Below are positions 8,701 to 16,148 of a stretch of DNA of 32,000 nucleotides, piece by piece. The stretch spans positions 402,136 through 434,135 of the forward strand of contig CAWAOV010000006.1 of the NCBI GenBank assembly GCA_963783765.1. Reading direction: 5' to 3'. Below the pieces are notes generated by a model that was not told the origin of the DNA, searched no databases, and saw only the letters and a program-made list of their open reading frames with translations. Numbering within the stretch: position 1 is the first letter of the stretch; each line of letters begins with the position of its first letter. The position numbers and the translations under genes are program-made. This stretch comes from an uncultured Chloroflexia bacterium. Its GTDB lineage: Bacteria; Chloroflexota; Anaerolineae; Anaerolineales; UBA11858.

Positions 8701-9380
8701 CAGAAGTTCTTTATCTGAAACTGAACCTCACAGACGCTGATGGTAATCCGACAACCAAAGAACAGGCTGTTGAAGCAGTTGATAAAGTTCTCAAGGCCAG
8801 CGGATTACCCCTGGTAGTCTTTGGACCCGGCCAACCGGAACCGGATAATGACCTTCTGGTAGAGATATCCACCAAATTTAAGGGCGAAAAATTGCTCCTG
8901 GGTGTATGTGAAGACAAGAATTACCGCACTATAGTGGCCTCGGCCATGGCAGATGGACAGTTGGTTGTGGCTCGCACCGCGATGGATGTGAACCTGGCCA
9001 AGCAGCTCAATATTCTAATCACGGATATGGGTTTGTCGGCTCAGAATATCGTTATGGATCCCACAACGGGAGCCCTGGGTTACGGATTTGAATATGGTTA
9101 TTCCGTAATGGAACGCCTCAGGATCGCAGCTTTACAAGGTGACTCAATGACCCAGTTCCCGATGCTGGTAACTCCTGGCGAGGAATGCTGGAAGGCCAAA
9201 GAATCCAAAGTTGGCCATGATGTGCCGGAGTCCTGGGGTGATTGGGAAGCCCGGGCTCTCGCCTGGGAAACTACCACGGCCATCATGTTGGTTGAATCCT
9301 GTGCCGATCTGATTGTCTTGCGGCACCCAGAAAGTGTCAGACGGACCAAAGAAGCCATTGATGATTTGATGACTGGATAA
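5778..9380 (+). CDS. acsB/acsD: Fusion of acetyl-CoA synthase AcsB (aa 1-756) and corrinoid Fe-S protein small subunit AcsD (aa ~886-1200) via a Pro/Ala-rich linker
   Basis: The N-terminal 756 aa are collinear with Moorella AcsB, including the A-cluster ligands (FYSCTLCQSFAPDHVCVVSPERLGLCG and MTACGCFE), and end at HPVLEMPTM where AcsB normally stops. The C-terminal 315 aa match AcsD/CdhD (GGTRSHTVTIGG, LYLKL, NLAKQLNILITDMGL, DPTTGALGYGFEYGYSVMERLR, LRHPESV). It is a single uninterrupted frame. Confidence 0.9.
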   Translation: MSKYIATRAVRGANALVYEAEAMLFKALAEKGPETVVEFPNTAYYLPLIYAMTGEKIATLGDIPPLLEKARSLLHPIPSDDKWTPYLGETLDSGMATLIAAEIIEAIRTVYGLQPEMYPNIELAGGTEYGDRDFGLTGRLNGPIDDIQLRSWGIQLVDGRMPGFAAIVGAAKSNEVAVKIVRELQQRNILTFLCGNVNGRSIIDQLVEEGVELGYDTYTVPFGTDTLSAIYALGFASRSALTFGGIDAGEARNILNYNRARVFAFVLALGEVDDLKYAAAAGAINFGFPVIADTVIPEILPTGVTTYEHVVSMPFDQIEGKDDMERATALVQKCIQIRGVKIKITDVPVPVPYGSAFEGEVVRRADMRVEFGGKNSRSFEYLFMSDMEEITDGKVTVVGPSFEDLEDGASMDMGVVVQVAGREMEMDFEPVLERQIHDFVNGASGIQHIGQRDIVWCRIAKSASEKGFSLEHFGKIIHARLHSDFGAVLDKVEVTIYTEKDDIDKWLAKAREAYDFRNKRLADMTDTSVDVFYSCTLCQSFAPDHVCVVSPERLGLCGAYNWLDCKASFSIDPTGPNQPIQLGEVYDEEVGYWEGTIDYTKSASHGVIEKVSMYSIMENPMTACGCFEAILMYIPEVEGVIVVSREDTGMTPMGMKFSTLAGIAGGGVQTPGVMGVGKYYMLSPKFISADGGFKRVVWMSKNIKDSMQGEFAAVAEREGIPDLIDRIADSESVTTVEELQQWVKDKNHPVLEMPTMQREEKELDIPEAVQESSEVIAQAEAVIAKKTPETPEPAAAAPPPAPTPAAPVPSIPAGVTGDGPEKAVNMLRRALMAALAELGGIEGMEDFQLPAMPSAPAAAPASAPAAPAPVVSDEPWLPAGTKTKLSKEKWDGVVREITLGATAAEGGTRSHTVTIGGSTAMPYMHFEGQTPNKPVIAIEIQSRKPDDWSDLLMKAWGDAMNDPGDWAKAAEQAGAEVLYLKLNLTDADGNPTTKEQAVEAVDKVLKASGLPLVVFGPGQPEPDNDLLVEISTKFKGEKLLLGVCEDKNYRTIVASAMADGQLVVARTAMDVNLAKQLNILITDMGLSAQNIVMDPTTGALGYGFEYGYSVMERLRIAALQGDSMTQFPMLVTPGEECWKAKESKVGHDVPESWGDWEARALAWETTTAIMLVESCADLIVLRHPESVRRTKEAIDDLMTG

Positions 9381-9399
9381 ACAGTTGTCTGATATACCC

Positions 9400-9427
9400 G
9401 AGTTGAGCCTTTTTTAAGGCTCAACTC
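9400..9427 (+). other. Intra-operon stem-loop between acsB::acsD and acsC
   Basis: Perfect 10-bp stem GAGTTGAGCC / GGCTCAACTC with an 8-nt loop. There is no U-tract on either strand, so it is more likely an mRNA processing or stability element than a terminator. Confidence 0.4.
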
Positions 9428-9471
9428 AGCAAGCTTAAACGAAAAACAAATAAGAACAACGGAGAAAACGC

Positions 9472-10803
9472 ATGGCTCTAACCGGAATTCAAATTTACAA
9501 GCTGCTCCCTCAGACAAACTGTAAGGAATGTGATTTCCCTACCTGCCTGGCCTTTGCCATGAAATTGGCTGCCAAACAGGTTGAACTAGCTAAATGTCCT
9601 TATGTAAGTGAGGAATCAGCAGCACAACTGGCTGAGGCTGCTGCACCGCCAGTCCGTCCCATAACGATCAAATCAAATGGGCATGAAGTGAAAGGCGGAA
9701 ATGAAATTGTTATGTTCCGCCATAATAAAAGATTCTTCAGTCCCCCCGGGATTTTTGTCCGGGTTTATGACGATCAATCGGCCGATGATATCAAGGCCAA
9801 GGTTAAACCAGTCTCTGATTATGTAGTGGATTATGTTGGCATGGATCTGACAATGGGCGGGATCGCCATCCAGGCACGCGGAGGAGATTTTGGTGCCGCA
9901 GTGAAAGCTGTCCGAGAGGTCAGTACAATTCCCCTGATCCTGATTGCTCCTCCGGAGGTATTAAAGACCGGTTTGGAAAGCCTGGGCGCTGATGATATCC
10001 CGCTTTTATGCAGCGCGACTGCGGAGAATTGGGAAAAAATGGCCGCCCTGGCAAAGGAATATAATGCTCCCCTGGCAGTTGAAGCAGGCAATATCGACAC
10101 CATGGTCGATCTGGTGGAGAAGCTGGAAAGCAAAGACCTAAAGGATTTTGTGCTGTCACCTACACAAAGAACCCTGATTGGCACTTTAACCGCCAATACC
10201 ACCATACGGCGAATGGCTCTGAAGGAAAATTACCACCAGCTAGGTTTCCCGATCATCAACTTCCCGGGCGATGTGGGTGACCCTGCCCGCGAGCTGACTC
10301 TGGCAATGCAAGCCATTGGCAAATACAGCAGTTTTATTGTCATGGATACCTTTGATCCCGCCACCGCTTATTCACTATTGGTGCTGCGAGCAAATATCTA
10401 CACTGATCCCCAGGAACCCATTCAGGTCACTCCGGGAATTTACGAGATCAATAACCCTGGCCCCGAGGATCCTTTCCTGGTCACTACGAACTTCAGCATC
10501 ACTTACTTCAGTGTTGCCAATGAAGTGGAAAGCATGGGCATACCTGCCTGGCTTCTGGTAACAGACTCGGAAGGTATGAGCGTGCTCACAGCCTGGGCGG
10601 CTGGCAAATTTGATGCCGAAATCATCGCCAAGGACGCCAAGCGATTCAATGCGGCTGAAAAGGTGACCAAGAAACGCATTGTGCTGCCAGGTCATACGGC
10701 GGTATTGTCCGGTGAACTTGAGGAAGAACTTCCAGATTGGGAAGTAAAAGTCGGCCCCAAAGAGGCTGTTGACCTGCCCGCATTCATGAAAGAAGCACTA
10801 TAG
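9472..10803 (+). CDS. acsC: Corrinoid iron-sulfur protein large subunit
   Basis: 443-aa ORF. The N-terminal 4Fe-4S motif has C-x2-C-x4-C-x16-C spacing (CKECDFPTCLAFAMKLAAKQVELAKCP), followed by TIM-barrel and corrinoid-binding regions typical of AcsC/CdhE. Confidence 0.9.
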   Translation: MALTGIQIYKLLPQTNCKECDFPTCLAFAMKLAAKQVELAKCPYVSEESAAQLAEAAAPPVRPITIKSNGHEVKGGNEIVMFRHNKRFFSPPGIFVRVYDDQSADDIKAKVKPVSDYVVDYVGMDLTMGGIAIQARGGDFGAAVKAVREVSTIPLILIAPPEVLKTGLESLGADDIPLLCSATAENWEKMAALAKEYNAPLAVEAGNIDTMVDLVEKLESKDLKDFVLSPTQRTLIGTLTANTTIRRMALKENYHQLGFPIINFPGDVGDPARELTLAMQAIGKYSSFIVMDTFDPATAYSLLVLRANIYTDPQEPIQVTPGIYEINNPGPEDPFLVTTNFSITYFSVANEVESMGIPAWLLVTDSEGMSVLTAWAAGKFDAEIIAKDAKRFNAAEKVTKKRIVLPGHTAVLSGELEEELPDWEVKVGPKEAVDLPAFMKEAL

Positions 10804-10840
10804 GATTGCAGGTGAAAGCAGGTTGTGTTCTATAATAACA

Positions 10841-10884
10841 GGTAGGGTCGCCGTTCAATTATTGAATGGTCCCTACCTTTTATT
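10841..10884 (+). terminator. Terminator-like hairpin with U-tract after acsC
   Basis: GGTAGGG...CCCTACC outer stem with an inner TTCA/TGAA pairing, followed by TTTTATTATCTTT. Confidence 0.5.
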
Positions 10885-10909
10885 ATCTTTAATTGTTGGA
10901 TAGGGAAAG

Positions 10910-12832
10910 ATGGCAACCAATTATTCAGTAAAATTTGATATTGCCCAGGAACCGGTTGAAGTTCCGGCAGGAACCCTGTTATCGGATGCTGCCGAAAAAG
11001 CAGGCATAGAGATCAACCAACCGTGTGGAGGTCAGGGGCGTTGTGGGCAGTGTGCTGTTCAGGTGACATCTGGAAATGTGCGGCGCCGGTCTACGATGCG
11101 TTTGTCGGCAGAGGATGTTGAAGATGGCTACGCTATCGCCTGCCAGACAATTATAGAAGGGGATTTGACCGTTGTCGTCCCACCGCAAGAGAAGATCCAG
11201 CAGCGGTTGACCACGGGCCAGTCCGCGGCTGATGTCACAGTCCCGGAAGGTTATGACCATCGTAAGGACCAATCTGTCCACCGAATTCATGTCACATTAA
11301 AACAGCCCTCGATGGAAGATCAAACCAGTGACTGGGCTCGATTAAAGACTGCCTTACTTCTAGAGACTGGGTTGACGAATATATCGATCTCCCTGCCTAA
11401 TTTACAGAAACTACCGGGTGTGCTGCGGGATGGGGACTGGAAAGTATCCCCGGTTTTGTATGTGGAAGATGGAATGGAAGCAGGAGGTTTTGGTGAAGTG
11501 ATAGATCTGCTGCCGGGGTTGGTTTCCCCCGATACACCCCTCTGGGGAGCAGCAGTGGATATTGGCACCACCACAGTCAAAGTGATGCTGGTGGATCTGA
11601 TCAGTGGCGAGCCACAAGGCCAGGCAACTGAATATAATGCCCAGATCGCCCGGGGAGAGGATGTGATCTCCCGGATCATATTCGCTGGAAAAGGGGAGGG
11701 TGATAAAACCCTCCGGTCTCTGGTGTTGGAGACAATAAATGAGCTGCTTGAAAGGGCCTGCCAGAGAGGAAAATCATGCCCGGACAGGATCTACAAAACC
11801 ACCATCGCCGGAAACAGCACCATGACCCACCTTTTACTGCAGATACCTCCCTCAAGTATTCGGCTGGCGCCATTTATCACGGTAGCCAATCACCTACCAG
11901 TGATGACAGCCCTGGAATTGGGTTTAAGAACCCATCCGGAAGGTAAAGCGATCTGTCTGCCCGGGGTTGCCAGTTATGTAGGGTCGGATATATCAGCGGG
12001 CGTGTTGTCTTCTGGTATGTCAGAAACAGAAAAAGTCACCCTCTTCCTCGATGTGGGCACCAATGGAGAAATGGTCCTGGGATCAAAAGAATGGCTGGTT
12101 ACCTGCGCCTGTTCGGCGGGCCCGGCCTTTGAAGGTGCAGGAGTGCTGCATGGTATGCGGGCTACAACCGGTGCAATCGATGAGATCTGGATCAATGAAG
12201 AAACCAAAGAAGCATCCTGGCGGGTGATCGGGGAGGGGAAACCAAAAGGATTGTGCGGCAGTGCTTTGATCTCCCTGCTGGCTGAGTTATTAATGACCGG
12301 AGTGATCAACAAAAGCGGTCGATTTGACTTCTCTTTGGATTCGAAACGGGTTCGAAAAGGCTCCCACGGCGGTGAATATGTGGTCTGCTGGGCGGATGAA
12401 AATGAAATTAATGAAGATATCATCCTGACCGAAGTGGATATTGATAATTTGATGCGAGCAAAAGCAGCAATTTTCGCGGGGTTTTCAGTTTTGGGCGATA
12501 GCGTAGGAATTCCCCTGGAATCTGTTGAACAAGTCTTGATTGGCGGTGGTTTTGGCCAATATATCAACGTCGAAAAGGCAGTTCAAATAGGCTTGCTGCC
12601 AGATATGCCCTGGGAACGTTTTAAGTTCCTGGGAAATACTTCCCTCAAGGGAGCTTATCTAGCTTTGCTTTCCATAAAAAACCGGCAGGAGATATCGGAG
12701 ATCGCTAACCGGATGACCTATATTGAACTTTCTGCAGATAACCGCTTTTTTGACGCATTTACTTCAGCAATGTTTTTACCCCACACTGATATGACTCTCT
12801 TTCCATCTGTGAAGATCGGTGGGGATAAATAA
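10910..12832 (+). CDS. acsV: Reductive activator of the corrinoid Fe-S protein (RACo/AcsV): 2Fe-2S ferredoxin domain plus ASKHA ATPase
   Basis: 640-aa ORF with an N-terminal plant-type ferredoxin motif (CGGQGRCGQCAV...C) and ASKHA phosphate and adenosine motifs (VDIGTTTVKV, LDVGTNGEMVLG, IGGGFGQY). Confidence 0.85.
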   Translation: MATNYSVKFDIAQEPVEVPAGTLLSDAAEKAGIEINQPCGGQGRCGQCAVQVTSGNVRRRSTMRLSAEDVEDGYAIACQTIIEGDLTVVVPPQEKIQQRLTTGQSAADVTVPEGYDHRKDQSVHRIHVTLKQPSMEDQTSDWARLKTALLLETGLTNISISLPNLQKLPGVLRDGDWKVSPVLYVEDGMEAGGFGEVIDLLPGLVSPDTPLWGAAVDIGTTTVKVMLVDLISGEPQGQATEYNAQIARGEDVISRIIFAGKGEGDKTLRSLVLETINELLERACQRGKSCPDRIYKTTIAGNSTMTHLLLQIPPSSIRLAPFITVANHLPVMTALELGLRTHPEGKAICLPGVASYVGSDISAGVLSSGMSETEKVTLFLDVGTNGEMVLGSKEWLVTCACSAGPAFEGAGVLHGMRATTGAIDEIWINEETKEASWRVIGEGKPKGLCGSALISLLAELLMTGVINKSGRFDFSLDSKRVRKGSHGGEYVVCWADENEINEDIILTEVDIDNLMRAKAAIFAGFSVLGDSVGIPLESVEQVLIGGGFGQYINVEKAVQIGLLPDMPWERFKFLGNTSLKGAYLALLSIKNRQEISEIANRMTYIELSADNRFFDAFTSAMFLPHTDMTLFPSVKIGGDK

Positions 12833-12896
12833 AGCAGCACAGGAGTGAATTATAATAACCCTAGTAAAACCAAAAGAAGATTGAGGAGGCATTTGT

Positions 12897-13820
12897 ATGT
12901 ACATCATTGGAGAGAATATTCATATCATATCCCCGAGTGTCAAGAAGGCGCTGGCTGATCGTGATGCCGAATTCTTCAAAAAATCGGCGATTCAACAGGT
13001 TGAGATGGGTGCCAGCGCGGTTGACCTGAATCTGGGAAGACAGAAACACGAATGGGAAGAGATCTTTCCCTGGGTAACCAAAATCGTTCAGGATGTTGTT
13101 GACGTCCCGCTTTGCATTGACAGCACCAATTTGGCTGGCATTGAAGCTGCCCTGAAAGTGATCACCAAAGCCAGGCCTATTATCAACTCCACATCAGCGG
13201 AAGCCGAGCGGTTGGAGCAGGTTCCTCTGCTGGCAAAGAAATATGACGCCCAGCTGATCGCCCTGACCCTTAAGAAAGAAGGTATTCCTGTGGAAGCTGA
13301 TGAAAGGGTAAATATCGCCCTGGAATACTTGATCCCCAGAGCTATGGAAGTAGGCATGGAGATGCCAGATTTGATCATTGACCCCTTGGTTCTGACTGTC
13401 TCTGGATGCCAGGAATACTGTCCGGAATTGATCGAAGCCGTTCGGACAATTAAGTATGCCGGTGATCCTCCCCCCTCGATTTCGGTTGGTTTATCCAATG
13501 TGTCCAATGCTGTGCCGGAAGAAACCCGCCCGATCCTCAACCGGGTTTATCTGGCCATGTTAATGGGCGCCGGGTTGGAAATGATGATTGCTGACCCATT
13601 TGATGAAAAACAGAACGAAGTCATCCGCATCATCGAAGAGCGGGATGAAGGAACATCCCTGGGCAAACTTTATTTGAAATTACATGATGCCACCGAGGCG
13701 ATGGGCGAGATCACCAAGGCGGATATTGATGAAAGTGATCCCGAACAGGTCGCTGTCTGGAAGTCCGTTCAGGTGCTTCTGAATAAAGTGATTTACGCCG
13801 ATTCTTTCCTGGAACAATAA
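12897..13820 (+). CDS. acsE: Methyltetrahydrofolate:corrinoid/iron-sulfur protein methyltransferase
   Basis: 307-aa ORF with GAGGAGG SD. It is collinear with Moorella MeTr (IIGENI, LCIDSTN, INSTS, IDPLVL, GLSNVS, ADSF), with a roughly 40-aa insertion near the C-terminus. Confidence 0.85.
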   Translation: MYIIGENIHIISPSVKKALADRDAEFFKKSAIQQVEMGASAVDLNLGRQKHEWEEIFPWVTKIVQDVVDVPLCIDSTNLAGIEAALKVITKARPIINSTSAEAERLEQVPLLAKKYDAQLIALTLKKEGIPVEADERVNIALEYLIPRAMEVGMEMPDLIIDPLVLTVSGCQEYCPELIEAVRTIKYAGDPPPSISVGLSNVSNAVPEETRPILNRVYLAMLMGAGLEMMIADPFDEKQNEVIRIIEERDEGTSLGKLYLKLHDATEAMGEITKADIDESDPEQVAVWKSVQVLLNKVIYADSFLEQ

Positions 13821-13852
13821 AAAAGAGATTCTCCCGGACTATACGATAAGGC

Positions 13853-13886
13853 CCGAAGCCTTCTGAAAGGACTTCGTCCCTTTTAT
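13853..13886 (+). terminator. Candidate rho-independent terminator after acsE
   Basis: CGAAG-CCTT / AAGG-a-CTTCG hairpin with one bulge, followed by TCCCTTTTAT. Confidence 0.45.
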
Positions 13887-14020
13887 GTTAAATGACATGC
13901 TAAACGACACCTGATGAAAGGATAAATGCTAGGGTAATTCAAAAATTGAATCATCTATAATGAAAACGGTCTTATTAATGAAAGTATTCCAGGCACCACA
14001 GAAAAGGAATTGGAGGATGT

Positions 14021-15376
14021 ATGTCTGAGGAAAACATCAATATTGAAGAATTGCTGGAAAAAGCAAAAAAACCAGCAGCAGATGCGTTAAAACTACATCC
14101 CTTTTATAAGGGAAAGATGGAAACAACGTTGAAATGCACTGTGCGAAGTATCGATGATTTTGCAATCTGGTATACCCCGGGCGTTGCTGCACCCTGTCGG
14201 GATATTTATCAGGACCCCGAGATGGTTTATCAGCATACCAGCAAGGGAAATACCATTGCCGTGATCAGTGATGGAACACGGGTGCTTGGTCTTGGCGACA
14301 TCGGTCCCAAAGCTGGCCTTCCCGTGATGGAAGGCAAGGCCCTCCTGTTCAAATATCTGGGCGGTGTAGACGCAGTTCCGATCATGCTTGATACTAAAGA
14401 TCCTGATGTTTTTATTGAGACGGTTCTGCTGCTGCAGTCCTCTTTTGGAGGAATAAATTTAGAGGATATTGCCCAACCCAAATGTTTCCGAATCCTGGAT
14501 GAGCTGCGGGAGAAGTGTGAGATCCCCGTCTGGCACGATGATCAGCAGGGAACAGCAACTGTAACCCTGGCGGGATTGATGAACGCCTTGAAAGTTGTGG
14601 GAAAAAAGAAGGAGGAGATCCAGATCACCTTTATTGGTTCTGGCGCTTCCAATGTGGCGATTTCTCGCTTGATCTACAGCTGGGGTGTGGATCCGGGTAA
14701 GTGCTTCATGGTGGATAGCAAAGGTATCCTTGGCACCCATAGAGATGATATTAAATCAAAAAAGGATCAATTTAAGGAAAAGTGGCATTTGTGCCAGATC
14801 ACAAATAAAGAAGGCCGCCAGGGTGGAATTCCAGAAGCTATGAAAGGCGCGGATGTAGTGATAGCTCTCTCCAAACCCGGTCCTGATGTGATCAAACCAG
14901 AATGGGTTAAGTCCATGAATCCCGACGCGATCATTTTCAGCTGCGCCAATCCCATTCCCGAGATCTGGCCCTGGGTTGCAAAGGAAGCAGGTGCCAGGGT
15001 TGTTGCTACTGGACGGTCTGATTTCCCCAATCAGGTAAACAACTCACTGGGTTTCCCGGGAATTTTCAGGGGAGTACTGGATGTGAGAGCATCAACGATC
15101 ACAGATGAGATGTGTTTTGCAGCGGCTGAAGCCCTGGCTGACCAGATAGGCGATCAACTTGATGAAGAACATCTTCTGCCCACGATGGATGATTGGGAAG
15201 TGTTTGCTAAAGAAGCAGCGGCGGTAGGCATGAAAGCCCAGGAACAGGGTGTTGCCAAATTAGAGCGCACCTATGATGAGCTTCTGAAAAGCGCTACTGA
15301 AGTTATAAAACGATCCCGGGACCTGACATCCCTGATGGAGAAAAAAGGCTTCATTCCAGCCCCACCGGAAGATTAA
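14021..15376 (+). CDS. NAD(P)-dependent malic enzyme (oxaloacetate-decarboxylating malate dehydrogenase), short form
   Basis: 451-aa ORF. The N-terminus HPFYKGKMETTLKC...WYTPGVAAPC, the ISDGTRVLGLGDIG motif and the Rossmann segment FIGSGASNVA are typical of prokaryotic malic enzymes. Confidence 0.9.
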   Translation: MSEENINIEELLEKAKKPAADALKLHPFYKGKMETTLKCTVRSIDDFAIWYTPGVAAPCRDIYQDPEMVYQHTSKGNTIAVISDGTRVLGLGDIGPKAGLPVMEGKALLFKYLGGVDAVPIMLDTKDPDVFIETVLLLQSSFGGINLEDIAQPKCFRILDELREKCEIPVWHDDQQGTATVTLAGLMNALKVVGKKKEEIQITFIGSGASNVAISRLIYSWGVDPGKCFMVDSKGILGTHRDDIKSKKDQFKEKWHLCQITNKEGRQGGIPEAMKGADVVIALSKPGPDVIKPEWVKSMNPDAIIFSCANPIPEIWPWVAKEAGARVVATGRSDFPNQVNNSLGFPGIFRGVLDVRASTITDEMCFAAAEALADQIGDQLDEEHLLPTMDDWEVFAKEAAAVGMKAQEQGVAKLERTYDELLKSATEVIKRSRDLTSLMEKKGFIPAPPED

Positions 15377-15411
15377 ATAGTTCCTTCAACCTTAAATAAT
15401 AACTAAAAAAG

Positions 15412-15452
15412 ACCAGCGAGCAGTCCCTGTGAAAACAGAAACCCTCGCTGGT
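15412..15452. terminator. Hairpin after malic enzyme gene, with its better U-tract on the minus strand
   Basis: Perfect 9-bp stem ACCAGCGAG / CTCGCTGGT enclosing an inner CTGT-GAAA-ACAG hairpin. It is preceded by AAAAAAG (a U-run if read on the minus strand) and followed by ATGGTTTA. Confidence 0.5.
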
Positions 15453-15633
15453 ATGGTTTAAGGAGATAATATTTCCCTACTTCAGGATGATTTTAGGGGT
15501 TTGGGCCAGAATTGGGACTTGATTTTTAGCCAGTTGCAGTATACTGAATTGTACCTTAGTTTATCTTGGCCAATTACATGCCAGCTAATGATATCTTGTG
15601 TTAATATATTCTGGGGAGAAACATAATACGAAG

Positions 15634-15661
15634 TTGACAGGATTTGAAAGTTGTTTATAAT
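15634..15661 (+). promoter_or_regulatory. Near-consensus sigma-70-type promoter upstream of the dpp-like operon
   Basis: TTGACA (15634-15639), a 16-nt spacer, then TATAAT (15656-15661). The inverted repeat GGATTTG (15640-15646) / CAAATCC (15662-15668) brackets the -10. Confidence 0.5.
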
Positions 15662-15968
15662 CAAATCCCAAGCACGTTTTTTGAGTATAGATTCTCAGGG
15701 GGAAATTCCTAAAGGCAAATCTAATTGTGTATTAACCTTTAGGCGGTGCCAAGCGGGGAAAGGAATTAGGCACAGGTGATCAGAGAGAATTGACTAACTC
15801 GGACCGCACCATTAATTAATTTTTTATATTCCTTATATTTGTTCCCACCATTAACAGGGAACCTATTTGCATATAAATGCTATTAAGGAGGTGATGCCCG
15901 GAGACAATACACCTAGCATAACTCAGTACGCAATGCCCTATATCTAATTCTCAATAGGAGGAGAAACA

Positions 15969-16148
15969 GTGTCAAAGAAACTATTTTTTATTTTAATCTC
16001 TCTGCTCATGATCAGTTCCTTCGTTTTGGGCGCCTGCGCCCAGACTCCAGCCCCTGTCGAAGAGGTTGAGGAAGTCGAAGAAATGGAGGAAGTAGAAGAA
16101 GTAGGAAATGGCAGAAGAAGAGGAAATGGCAGAAGAAGTTATGGGTGA
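15969..16148 (+). other. Orphaned 5' part of the binding-protein gene: lipoprotein signal peptide plus acidic tether, out of frame with the body
   Basis: GTG 15969 follows AGGAGGAG. It encodes SKKLFFILISLLMISSFVLGAC (lipobox LGAC) and then EEVEEVEEMEEVEEV. After about 16104 the frame degenerates to GNGRRRGNGRRSYG-stop, while the acidic tether continues in the +1 frame. Confidence 0.65.
16103..16138 (+). repeat. Exact tandem duplication of an 18-nt unit
   Basis: AGGAAATGGCAGAAGAAG occurs at 16103-16120 and again at 16121-16138. It encodes EMAEEE/EMAEEV in the body frame. Confidence 0.9.

Noticed and set aside
15482-15664. 60-aa minus-strand ORF between the malic enzyme and transporter genes.
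   Set aside because: It lies in an AT-rich stretch, has no SD, overlaps the consensus + strand promoter, and its product resembles no family I recognise.
16095-16110. Programmed +1 ribosomal frameshift joining the signal peptide to the binding-protein body.
   Set aside because: I see no slippery or hungry-codon context, since GTA-GGA cannot re-pair in +1. There is no stimulatory SD-like element at the right spacing beyond the repeat itself. A plain indel, real or artefactual, is more likely.
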